A stretch of 64,000 nt of DNA, from assembly GCA_964527185.1 (NCBI GenBank), contig CAZGOI010000002.1:133532-197531 (forward strand), given 5' to 3'. Below the pieces are notes generated by a model, which was not told the DNA's origin, ran no database searches, and saw only the letters and a list, made by a program, of their open reading frames with translations. Source of the stretch: an uncultured Candidatus Saccharibacteria bacterium (lineage in GTDB: Bacteria; Patescibacteriota; Minisyncoccia; Phycocordibacterales; UBA9973). Positions 40,504-49,175 of the stretch are shown here, piece by piece. Made by a program: the position numbers and the translations under genes. Each line of letters starts with the position of its first letter. Within the stretch, counting starts at the first letter, position 1.

Positions 40504-41505
40504 TTAAGCAACTTTTCTTTTAATCACTTTTTCTACAGCTTTTTTAATCGAATTTGCGTCCATGCCATAGTGTTTTATGAGCTCATCTGGTGTGCCAGAT
40601 TGGCCGAATTTGTCTTCGACGCCCACAAACTCTATTGGCGTTGGATAATATTTTGCCAAGCATTCAGAAACTGCGCTGCCCATGCCGCAAAGAACTTGAT
40701 GTTCTTCGACGGTTACAATTACTTTTGCTTCTTTGGCAAGGGCTACAATTGCTTCTTCGTCTAGTGGTTTGATTGTCGAGAGGTTCATAACTTTGACCTT
40801 CACACCATCTTTTTCAAGGTCGCGGGCAGCAACCATCGCTCTATAGACTAGAGCGCCAGTTGCGATTATCCCAACTTCGGCAAGGCCTTTTTCTGGAACA
40901 AAAACAATTTGCGCTTTACCTATCTCAAACGGCGTGTCTTCTGTCGTGATGATTTGCGTTTTCTCGCGAGCCAGGCGCAGATATGTCGGCTCTTTTGTTT
41001 TTGAACAAGCGATCGTCGCCTTTTTTGCTTCAATTGAATCGCATGGCGAGATGACGACCATGTTCGGCACGACACGCATCAGAGCGATATCTTCTATCGC
41101 TTGGTGCGTGCCACCGTCAGGGCCAACAGAAACCCCGGCGTGCGAACCAGCTATAACAACTTTTCTATTATTGTATGAAATTGTTGTTCGAATCTGCTCC
41201 CAATTACGGCCGGGCGAGAACATTGCATATGAAGAAACGAATGGGACCTTGCCCATAGCGGCCATACCTGAGGCAACCGTTACTAAGTTCTGCTCGGCTA
41301 CACCGATCTCGACAAAGCGGTTTGGAAATTTCTCGGCAAATAAATTCATTTTTGTCGATTCGGTTAGATCGGCGCAAAGAGCCACGATATTTTCATTTGA
41401 AATTGCTACTTCGAGCAATCCTTCGCCGAAACCCTGCCTGATCGGCACCTGCTCGACATCAGAGTTAAAAATTTTTGTATTTAATTTAAGCGATTGATTA
41501 AGCAT
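40504..41505 (-). CDS. Transketolase, C-terminal subunit
   Basis: ADLTEST, GVAEQN, GPDGGTHQ, VTVEEH. Confidence 0.93.
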   Translation of the reverse strand: MLNQSLKLNTKIFNSDVEQVPIRQGFGEGLLEVAISNENIVALCADLTESTKMNLFAEKFPNRFVEIGVAEQNLVTVASGMAAMGKVPFVSSYAMFSPGRNWEQIRTTISYNNRKVVIAGSHAGVSVGPDGGTHQAIEDIALMRVVPNMVVISPCDSIEAKKATIACSKTKEPTYLRLAREKTQIITTEDTPFEIGKAQIVFVPEKGLAEVGIIATGALVYRAMVAARDLEKDGVKVKVMNLSTIKPLDEEAIVALAKEAKVIVTVEEHQVLCGMGSAVSECLAKYYPTPIEFVGVEDKFGQSGTPDELIKHYGMDANSIKKAVEKVIKRKVA

Positions 41506-41507
41506 GA

Positions 41508-42377
41508 CTATTCATGTTCGCTTTTAATTTTTCCGCCGAGGGTGCGAAGTTCTTTCAGCGCCATGTTGGCTTCTTCTTTGTTTGGCGCTTTGCCGTGCCA
41601 GCGGTAATCTCGCTCGAATTCTTTGACCCCTCGACCAGGTATCGTGCGGGCGACGATAACAGATGGTTTTTCATAAACAGTTTTTGCTTTGCAGATCGCA
41701 TCGTTGACATTTCTAAAATTATGCCCATCGACTTCTTCTACGTGCCAACCAAACTCTCGATATTTACTAGCGAGGTCGCCGAGCGGCATGACATTTTCGG
41801 TGTAGCCATCGATCTGGATATTGTTGCGATCGACAATTGCAATTAGGTTGTGCAATTTTTCTTTTCCGGCAAGAAGAACAGCTTCCCAAGTGTTGCCTTC
41901 GTCGTGTTCGCCATCAGACATCAAGCAAAAAATTGTTTTCTCGGTATTATTGCCAAAATCCATGCGGTCAGCGATAGCCATACCAACTGCCTGTGACAAT
42001 CCAGAACCAAGCGGCCCAGATGAATTTTCAAGCCAAGGCATGAATTCCCGATGCGGGTGGCCTTGGAGCCGTGAGCCAAATTTTCGAAGCGTTAAAAGCT
42101 CTTTTTGTGGCATATAGCCAGCAGCAGCCATGGTGGCGTAAAGCACCGGGGCGATATGGCCATTTGAAAGCACCAACCTATCGCGGTCTTTCCAATCTGG
42201 TCGAGCGGGGTCTTGGCGCAGGACATGAAAATAAAGCAGAGTGAAAATATCTGCCATGCCGAGTGGCCCGGCTGTGTGACCAGATTTTGCTTCAAGTAGC
42301 ATTTCGATTATGCTCTCGCGAATATTATTTGCTCTGATTTCCAGTTCTTCAATTTTATTATCGGTTAGGTTTTCCAT
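41508..42377 (-). CDS. Transketolase, N-terminal (ThDP-binding) subunit
   Basis: SGHTAG, RDRLVLSNGH, LQGHP, SDGEHDEG...N, WHGKAP. Confidence 0.93.
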   Translation of the reverse strand: MENLTDNKIEELEIRANNIRESIIEMLLEAKSGHTAGPLGMADIFTLLYFHVLRQDPARPDWKDRDRLVLSNGHIAPVLYATMAAAGYMPQKELLTLRKFGSRLQGHPHREFMPWLENSSGPLGSGLSQAVGMAIADRMDFGNNTEKTIFCLMSDGEHDEGNTWEAVLLAGKEKLHNLIAIVDRNNIQIDGYTENVMPLGDLASKYREFGWHVEEVDGHNFRNVNDAICKAKTVYEKPSVIVARTIPGRGVKEFERDYRWHGKAPNKEEANMALKELRTLGGKIKSEHE

Positions 42378-43067
42378 TTATAAATTTTCTAATTCTTTAA
42401 TCGTCTCACGAACATCCAAACTCTCAAGCAGCGCTGAACCGACGACCAGCCTGCTTGCCCCAGCTTCTACCAAGCTCTTTGCTGTGTCTTCGTTGACGCT
42501 TCCGTCTACGCTTATTATAAGCTCTGGGTACTCTGCCCGCAATAATTTTATCTGTTCTAATACGCGCGGGTCGAAGTCTTGGCCTTGAAACCCAATATGT
42601 TCGATACCCATGCACTGCACGAAATCTACATTTGAAATTATTCCTTTCAAATTCTCTACCCTAGTGGTCGTGCCGATTGCAATTCCAAAATCAATATTTT
42701 CTCGAGTGTACATGTCGAGGCCCTGCAGGAATTCTTTAAATTTATCGAAGTCGCCTTCGGCTTCGACATGAAACACCAATCTTTTTGCGCCGAGGCGCGA
42801 CCAGAAGAGAAAATTTTCATGTGCATTTTTAACCATCAGGTCGAATTCAAAATTTACTTTTTGCCAATATGGCATGCCCTCTTCTTCATCGAGGATTTTT
42901 TGAACATCGTTGCCATCGATTTCTGAAAGCGGCCAAGATTTATTTGGCACAAAGTCTCCATCACAAACATCGAGCTGAATTATAGGAGCAACATTTCCAA
43001 ACAAGAGAATCTTTTCATTGAGCTCTCTAAAGTCTTTGGCTAAAATTGCAGGTATTACTTCGACCAT
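42378..43067 (-). CDS. rpe: Ribulose-phosphate 3-epimerase (divergent)
   Basis: PAIL, DVCDGDFVPN, GFQGQ, VDGSVN, LVVGSAL; between rpiB and tkt. Confidence 0.85.
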   Translation of the reverse strand: MVEVIPAILAKDFRELNEKILLFGNVAPIIQLDVCDGDFVPNKSWPLSEIDGNDVQKILDEEEGMPYWQKVNFEFDLMVKNAHENFLFWSRLGAKRLVFHVEAEGDFDKFKEFLQGLDMYTRENIDFGIAIGTTTRVENLKGIISNVDFVQCMGIEHIGFQGQDFDPRVLEQIKLLRAEYPELIISVDGSVNEDTAKSLVEAGASRLVVGSALLESLDVRETIKELENL

Positions 43068-43068
43068 A

Positions 43069-43503
43069 CTAGAATTCTTTCAGTCGCCTGACGTGTCTAA
43101 CTTCGCCAGAGAACGGCGTTTCTAAAAATATTTTGCAAGCGCTCTCGGCCTGCTCGCCAGATACAAATCGAGCACCGAGTGAAAGAATGTTTGCATCGTT
43201 GTGCTGGCGAGCAAGCCGGACAATTTCTAAATCTCCACCATAGTATTCTGCCGCTCGTATGCCCTCGAAACGATTGGCGACCATCTGCTCGCCTTCACCT
43301 GAGCCGCCCAAAATTACGCCTCGGCTTTTTTTATCGTTGGCAACTGCTATGGCCACTGGTTTGATGAAATCTGGATAGTCGTCGTTTGGGTTTAGTTCAT
43401 AGGCGCCCATATCTTCGATGTCATAGCCTAGCCGAGATATATAAGCTCTTAAATTTTCTTTAAGCTTAAAACCTGCGTGATCTGAACCTATATAGACCTT
43501 CAT
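43069..43503 (-). CDS. rpiB: Ribose-5-phosphate isomerase B
   Basis: GSDHAG, DDYPD, GGSGEGE, HNDANILSLG, RHVRR. Confidence 0.93.
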   Translation of the reverse strand: MKVYIGSDHAGFKLKENLRAYISRLGYDIEDMGAYELNPNDDYPDFIKPVAIAVANDKKSRGVILGGSGEGEQMVANRFEGIRAAEYYGGDLEIVRLARQHNDANILSLGARFVSGEQAESACKIFLETPFSGEVRHVRRLKEF

Positions 43504-43530
43504 AGAGACATTATACTATAATCAGACAAT

Positions 43531-44313
43531 ATGATTAATTTCTATAAATACCATGGTGCCGGCAACGATTTTATTCTGATCGACAACAGAAATAGAATTT
43601 TTGATGTAAAAAATACAAAATTGGTAGAGCTCATGTGCCACCGACGGTTTGGGGTGGGTGCCGATGGAATAATAATGGTTGAAAATGAAGAAGGCTATGA
43701 CTTTAAAATGGTTTTTGTAAATAATGACGGATCGATGGGTTCGATGTGCGGCAACGGCGGCCGGTGTATTGTTCACTTTGCATATCATATTTTAAAAATT
43801 GTTAAAAACCCAAAAACCGTTAGGTTCATCGCTGTCGATGGAGAGCACGAAGCAGAAATCAAGGGCGATGAAGTCAGGCTCAAAATGCAGGATGTGAACG
43901 AAATAGGAACTCGAAACGATTTGCCTTTCATCTGCCAAGGCACAACCCCACACAATATTTTATTTGTTGAAGATTTAAAAAATTACCCAGTTGTTGAAGA
44001 AGGTCGCAAGATAAGAGAGGGCGACCCAAATGGCGTGAATGTGAATTTTGTTGAAGTCGTTGATGGGGTTTACCATGTGCGCACCTATGAACGCGGAGTC
44101 GAAGACGAAACTTGGGCTTGTGGAACCGGGGCGACATCAGTCGCAATTGCCGCGCACAACATGGGAGTACTCAAAGCAAATATTTGCAATATAAAAATGC
44201 CAGGTGGCGACCTAACCATTATGTTCAAAAAAATGCCAGACAATTCTTACAAAAATATCTGGCTCGTCGGCGAAGCAAAATGCGTTTTTAAAGGAGATTG
44301 GAAGTTACCTTAG
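43531..44313 (+). CDS. dapF: Diaminopimelate epimerase
   Basis: KYHGAGNDF, GVGADG, MCGNG, ERGVEDETWACGTG (both catalytic Cys). Confidence 0.93.
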   Translation: MINFYKYHGAGNDFILIDNRNRIFDVKNTKLVELMCHRRFGVGADGIIMVENEEGYDFKMVFVNNDGSMGSMCGNGGRCIVHFAYHILKIVKNPKTVRFIAVDGEHEAEIKGDEVRLKMQDVNEIGTRNDLPFICQGTTPHNILFVEDLKNYPVVEEGRKIREGDPNGVNVNFVEVVDGVYHVRTYERGVEDETWACGTGATSVAIAAHNMGVLKANICNIKMPGGDLTIMFKKMPDNSYKNIWLVGEAKCVFKGDWKLP

Positions 44314-44612
44314 ATATTACCTTTTAATATAATTTTCTGATCAAACCCTCCCCTTTCTTCCCTTTTCTTTTGTCGAATTTCTTCGACGTTTGCATATTCA
44401 GGGAGTTTTTTAAGTGCACCAATAACTTCTATAACATCAGCTAGTTCTTCTATACTTCCAGCTTTCAAAAATTCTTTTGCTTCTTCGGTGAGCTTTTTTA
44501 TGAGTTCAGTTTTGTATTCTTCTGTAGAAGCGATTCGTTTTTGATAAGAAACATTTTTTTTATCAAGAATTTCCGGAATTTTATCTCTGACTAATTTGTT
44601 ATAGCTTTTCAT
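44310..44612 (-). CDS. MazG-like/phosphoribosyl-ATP pyrophosphohydrolase-like NTP pyrophosphatase
   Basis: YNKLVRDKIPEI, EELADVIEVI, KREERGGF. Confidence 0.88.
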   Translation of the reverse strand: MKSYNKLVRDKIPEILDKKNVSYQKRIASTEEYKTELIKKLTEEAKEFLKAGSIEELADVIEVIGALKKLPEYANVEEIRQKKREERGGFDQKIILKGNI

Positions 44613-44635
44613 AAACTATACTATATCATGTTAGC

Positions 44636-44971
44636 TTAGTTACTCTTAGGTTGATCATCAAACCGAGTTTTTCTAATCAATTCGACAAATTTCTTTGCAT
44701 CTTCTCCAACAAGTTTCAAGTCAATCTTGCTTCCATTGCCAGAGGTTATATTTAACTCAAGGAATGCAATCTGGTTTCCCCAGCAGAGAAAATTTAGATT
44801 GAAGTCACTTATTTCGAGAAGTTGCTTCTGTTCTGAATTAGCTTTACTGTAAATATAGTCAAGAATACCAGAGTCAATCTGTTCTTTTGGTATCGGATGC
44901 TCACTTTGACTTACTGTTGGTAGTTCAGGTGAATTTCCTTTTTTAAACTCCCAACTATTTTCTTCTTTCAT
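44636..44971 (-). CDS. Hypothetical protein
   Basis: 111-aa ATG ORF, no motif recognised. Confidence 0.5.
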   Translation of the reverse strand: MKEENSWEFKKGNSPELPTVSQSEHPIPKEQIDSGILDYIYSKANSEQKQLLEISDFNLNFLCWGNQIAFLELNITSGNGSKIDLKLVGEDAKKFVELIRKTRFDDQPKSN

Positions 44972-45077
44972 ATTATTTGATGAGGCTAAAAACTCTAAGA
45001 TTCCACGAAAGGCCCTGTAGGCTCACCTACCCCTAGTTTACCAAGAAGGGGTTTATATATCAACGAGGACCGTAAAA

Positions 45078-45572
45078 TTAAAGTAAATCTTTTGCTGAAA
45101 TTTCCAACCTCCCATCTTTTATTAAATGTCCATTAACACCCCTATCAGCGTAATTAACCCAAAAATTAGTTATTCTAGCTCCCCACATTCTTTGAGGGCT
45201 TTCTCCTGTGTAGTAACTAAGTGGTAGTTCATCACTTCCCTCTTTTAGTCGAAATTGATTATGAATTTTTAGTGCTTCTTCAAGCTCAGCTCCACCTAAT
45301 TCATGAGCTTCTACACATTTCATATACAAACCACCTTTTTCAATTCGATCGAACAAAACTGCAAAAACTTGGCCTGTTCTTACAATATTTTTTGAGTGAA
45401 TTGAATCAGGATGCGAACCCCAGTAAATATATTCCAAGTTTGGAGAATAAATAAAACGCACAGGACTATTGTGAGGTGAACCATCTTCATTTACCGTCGC
45501 CAAGGAAATATGCCTTGAGGTAGTAAGTAGTTCCATTGCTCTTTGAATTTTTGATGTCCATTCTTCAGTCAT
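45078..45572 (-). CDS. Pyridoxamine 5'-phosphate oxidase-like FMN-binding protein
   Basis: LATVNEDGSPHNSPV, YWGS..SIHSKNI. Confidence 0.85.
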   Translation of the reverse strand: MTEEWTSKIQRAMELLTTSRHISLATVNEDGSPHNSPVRFIYSPNLEYIYWGSHPDSIHSKNIVRTGQVFAVLFDRIEKGGLYMKCVEAHELGGAELEEALKIHNQFRLKEGSDELPLSYYTGESPQRMWGARITNFWVNYADRGVNGHLIKDGRLEISAKDLL

Positions 45573-45622
45573 AAAATTATTTAATCGTCGTACCTATTTT
45601 TATCTATCATGATTATTTTAGC

Positions 45623-46108
45623 TTATTCAGATTCCAGTTTTCCTAGCAAGTATTTCTCAACTCTTTTTTGTTGTCTTTCTATACCATCTGGCCGTTTTAT
45701 AAACTCCTCTGGCGATATCAACATCCACTCATTTCCTTCATTTCCAAAAACAACATCTCTGGAACCGAATCTTGAAGTTTTTACGACCAAGAAGAAAGAT
45801 TTTTTATCAGGCTCAACAATGCTTGGGATCGTGCAAGAAAAATCAACATCTCCTTCAGTGATGTCTATTCCGAACTCTTCTTTTGTTTCTCTTTTAAATG
45901 TTTCGAAGGGAGATTCATCTCCTTCTCGACCGCCACCTGGCAGATCAATGCGCTCAGGATTATTTGTTGTATTGTTATCTCGGCGATACACAAGTATTTT
46001 ATTTCCAAGGAAAACAACTCCCTTTGCACCGTTGAAATAAACTTTTTTGAATGTATTTTCATGAACCCTAGGATTCATGTTCTTTTGTTCCAAAATTATA
46101 TCCTTCAT
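45623..46108 (-). CDS. NUDIX hydrolase
   Basis: DLPGGGREGDESPFETFKRETKEEFGI. Confidence 0.88.
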   Translation of the reverse strand: MKDIILEQKNMNPRVHENTFKKVYFNGAKGVVFLGNKILVYRRDNNTTNNPERIDLPGGGREGDESPFETFKRETKEEFGIDITEGDVDFSCTIPSIVEPDKKSFFLVVKTSRFGSRDVVFGNEGNEWMLISPEEFIKRPDGIERQQKRVEKYLLGKLESE

Positions 46109-46111
46109 AAT

Positions 46112-47170
46112 TTATTTTATTGTTTTTCCAGTCTTTATGACATGCTCGACAAGCGTGTGTGTGTACCCCATTTCGTTGTCGTACCAAGCCATGACTTTGA
46201 CGAGATTTCCATCAACAACGCGAGTCATGGCGAGATCAGCGATTGAGGCATGAGCATTGCCGAGTATGTCGCTAGAAACTAGCGGCTCATTTGTGACGGC
46301 AAAAACATTTGCCCAACGTGGATCAGCCGCCGCTTTGGTGAGTATTGCGTTCACTTCCTCTGCAGTTGTTTCTTTCTTTGAAATGAATGTCACGTCTACA
46401 ATCGAGCCAGCGATGACTGGCACACGAATCGAGATACCATCAAATAGGCCTTTGAGTTCGCTAAACGCTTCGGTTACGGCGATTGCCGCACCGGTCGAGC
46501 TCGGGACGATGTTTTGCGCGGCGGCGCGGCCTTCACGCAGGTCTTTCTTGCTCGGGCCGTCGACGAGCGCTTGCGAGGCGGTATAGCCGTGGACAGTGTT
46601 TAAAATTGCTTTTTCTATTCCAAGAGCCTCGTGGAGTATCGCAATGAGTGGCGAAGCAGCGTTTGTCGTGCACGAAGCATTTGAAGTGATATCGCAGGTG
46701 CCGAACTTTTCTTCGTTGACACCAAGGAGTATCGTCTCGCCGGCGACTGTGCCATCACCGCCCCCGCCTTGACTCGCATCAAGCGAGGCAGGCTTTGAAG
46801 GCGCAGAGATTACGACTTTTTTAGCACCGTCATCGATATGGAATTTTGCTTTGTCGTATGAAGTGAAGAGGCCAGTCGATTCAACCACGACATCGATACC
46901 AAGGTCAGCCCATGGTAACTTAGTCGTGTCTTTTTCTGAAATAAATTTAATAGTTTTTCCATCAACGACAATATCTGTACCAGAAATTTTTATATCGTGT
47001 GTCCAAGTTTTATAAACGCTGTCGTATTTTAACAAATAAGCCAAGCTCTCTATCGAACCAAGGTCGTTTACAGCAACTATTTCAATCTCAGGCCTGTCCC
47101 ATGCAATCTTTAAAAACGCTCTGCCAATGCGACCAAAACCATTTATTGCAACTTTTATTTTTTTACTCAT
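46112..47170 (-). CDS. gap: Glyceraldehyde-3-phosphate dehydrogenase (type I)
   Basis: INGFGRIGR, SNASCTTN, WYDNE; carries a 10-aa insertion after SAPSK. Confidence 0.97.
   Translation of the reverse strand: MSKKIKVAINGFGRIGRAFLKIAWDRPEIEIVAVNDLGSIESLAYLLKYDSVYKTWTHDIKISGTDIVVDGKTIKFISEKDTTKLPWADLGIDVVVESTGLFTSYDKAKFHIDDGAKKVVISAPSKPASLDASQGGGGDGTVAGETILLGVNEEKFGTCDITSNASCTTNAASPLIAILHEALGIEKAILNTVHGYTASQALVDGPSKKDLREGRAAAQNIVPSSTGAAIAVTEAFSELKGLFDGISIRVPVIAGSIVDVTFISKKETTAEEVNAILTKAAADPRWANVFAVTNEPLVSSDILGNAHASIADLAMTRVVDGNLVKVMAWYDNEMGYTHTLVEHVIKTGKTIK
46763..46792 (-). repeat. 30-bp palindromic element inserted in frame in gap
   Basis: CCTGCCTCGCTTGATGCGAGTCAAGGCGGG (minus strand), encoding PASLDASQGG. 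Confidence 0.7.
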
Positions 47171-47185
47171 AAGAAAATTATACCA

Positions 47186-47410
47186 TTACTCTCCGACATA
47201 GGTAAATCGCGGGCCAGAATATCCATCGCGCTCCACGTGTTCTAGGAACATTGAAATTGGCCTTACCCAAAGTTGGTCGTGGCCTTCATATGGGTGCGAG
47301 TAGACGACAAACTCTTGACTGTAGTCTTCGCTGTTTTTAGCAATACCTATGACATTTACTTCAATCCCTTTGAAATGTTTATATCTGCCAATTTTTATTC
47401 CACTTTCCAT
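47186..47410 (-). CDS. DUF1653 family protein
   Basis: GRYKHFKG, VVY, LWVRP..MF, PRF. Confidence 0.9.
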   Translation of the reverse strand: MESGIKIGRYKHFKGIEVNVIGIAKNSEDYSQEFVVYSHPYEGHDQLWVRPISMFLEHVERDGYSGPRFTYVGE

Positions 47411-47414
47411 AAAT

Positions 47415-48830
47415 CTAAGAAATTAATTCTTTTAAAAGTTTTTGAACTATTTGTGGGTTGGCCGAGCCCTTAGTTTCTTTCATAATCTGCCCGACGAGCG
47501 ACATCAAGGCATTTTCTTTGCCACTCTTGTATGTTGCGACGACGTTCGGGTTTGCATCTATAACCTTTGCAACAATTTCTTTCAAGTCACCCTCATCGCT
47601 TTTTTGAAGCAAATTATTTTCTTTTGCGATGCGATCTGGAGATTCGTCGTTGACCACAATCATCGTCAAGATATCTTTTGCTGAACGCGAAGATATTTCC
47701 CCACCCACAACTAAATTCACCAGCTCGGCAAAGTTTAAAGCACTAGGCAATTTTATTTCAGAGTTGGCTTTTTTAAGGCCAACATAATCAGAAGTTATGT
47801 AATTTGAAGCAGTTTTTATAGCCTCTTTGTCTTTCAAGATTAGGGCAATGTCTTCAAACCATTTTCCCAACTCCATATCGTTTATATAACTCTCTATATC
47901 TTCATCTTTGATCCCATATTCATTTTTATATCTGGCGCGTTTGGCTTGTGGCAATTCTGGCAATTCATCGCGCAATTTTTCAATATCAAAGGCTTTACTT
48001 AAATAGAACTTTGGCAGGTCTGGGTCTGGGAAGTAGCGATAGTCGTTGGCATTTTCTTTTGATCTTTGCGAGAAGGTTATTTGCTTGCCCTCGTCCCAGC
48101 CACGGGTTTCCTGAATTATTTCATTACCCTTTCCGTCTTCAAGGAGCTTGACCATCCGGGCGACTTCATATTCCCCTGCCCGTTCAGCCGAACGAAACGA
48201 ATTAATATTTTTAACTTCAACTTTTGTGCCAAATTTTTTAGGATCATCTGAAACAGAGATATTGAGCTCGACACGCATCTGCCCTTTTTCCATATTCGCT
48301 TCTGAAACTCCAAGATAGCGCAATAATAACTGCAGTTCTCGTCCAAAATCCCCTGCTTCCTTTGCGTTATGAATTACTGGCTCAGTCACGAGCTCCATGA
48401 GCGGTAGCCCCGCACGATTGAAATCTACTAGAGAGTAGTCTCCTCTGTCATGTTTGTTGTTCGCTGTGTCTTCTTCTAAGTGAACACGAGTTATGGCGAC
48501 GCCATTTAACTGTCCTCCCGAAACTATTGGGAATTTGTATTGCGAAATCTGGTAAGCTTTAGGAATATCTGGGTAGAAATAATTTTTACGGTCAAATTCT
48601 GTGAAATCGGCAATATCACCATCAAGAGCAAGGCCAACCTTTATTATATTCTCAACTGCTTTTTTGTTTACGACAGGCAGAGTTCCCGGGTAGGCCATGC
48701 AAACCGGACAGACATTTACGTTTGGTTCGGTCTCGTCTGGGTCATTCACGCAACCACAAAACATTTTTGAGTTTGTTTTTAATTCAGCGTGGATTTCTAG
48801 ACCGATAGTCGTGTAATAGTTTTTACTCAT
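47415..48830 (-). CDS. gatB: Asp/Glu-tRNA amidotransferase subunit B
   Basis: IGLEIHAEL, RKNYFYPD, HLEED, DFNRAG, DYRYFPDPDLP. Confidence 0.97.
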   Translation of the reverse strand: MSKNYYTTIGLEIHAELKTNSKMFCGCVNDPDETEPNVNVCPVCMAYPGTLPVVNKKAVENIIKVGLALDGDIADFTEFDRKNYFYPDIPKAYQISQYKFPIVSGGQLNGVAITRVHLEEDTANNKHDRGDYSLVDFNRAGLPLMELVTEPVIHNAKEAGDFGRELQLLLRYLGVSEANMEKGQMRVELNISVSDDPKKFGTKVEVKNINSFRSAERAGEYEVARMVKLLEDGKGNEIIQETRGWDEGKQITFSQRSKENANDYRYFPDPDLPKFYLSKAFDIEKLRDELPELPQAKRARYKNEYGIKDEDIESYINDMELGKWFEDIALILKDKEAIKTASNYITSDYVGLKKANSEIKLPSALNFAELVNLVVGGEISSRSAKDILTMIVVNDESPDRIAKENNLLQKSDEGDLKEIVAKVIDANPNVVATYKSGKENALMSLVGQIMKETKGSANPQIVQKLLKELIS

Positions 48831-48969
48831 TAGTGAGCATATATTATCAAATCAATTGTGTTTTTCAAAATAAAAAGCCCCCGACAATAAAGCGGGGGCA
48901 CGGCGAAGGCCTTTTGTTTTGGCCTTTTACAATTTTGCCGGAATTTATCCGGCCAGACTGGGTGGCCGG

Positions 48970-49089
48970 CTACGGCTGGCTTTTTTTGTTTTGTGCCGGG
49001 GCCGGGGAGCTGGGATCGGTTACTGCATAAAAATTTTTCAAAAAGTGAGAAAACTTGGGAGGTGAAACCCCCGAAATGGTTTTTTTCAT
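48970..49089 (-). CDS. Candidate 39-aa small protein
   Basis: MKKTISGVSPPKFSHFLKNFYAVTDPSSPAPAQNKKSQP*; TTGACA-17-TATGAT promoter upstream, GC hairpins downstream. Confidence 0.35.
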   Translation of the reverse strand: MKKTISGVSPPKFSHFLKNFYAVTDPSSPAPAQNKKSQP

Positions 49090-49175
49090 TTTTCTGTGTT
49101 TTTGCGTTTAAAAATATACTTTAAAGAACAATGGACCTATCATAGCAAATTGCTAGATTTTTGTCAAGTCCTAAT

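Noticed and set aside
44978-45030. Hammerhead- or fluoride-riboswitch-like words (TGATGAG...CGAAA) on the plus strand
   Set aside because: Core begins TTGATGA rather than CTGANGA, stems I and II do not pair, and the orientation is opposite to the flanking genes
44310-46108. Integron cassette array
   Set aside because: No RYYYAAC...GTTRRRY attC structure after the stops and no integrase in the window
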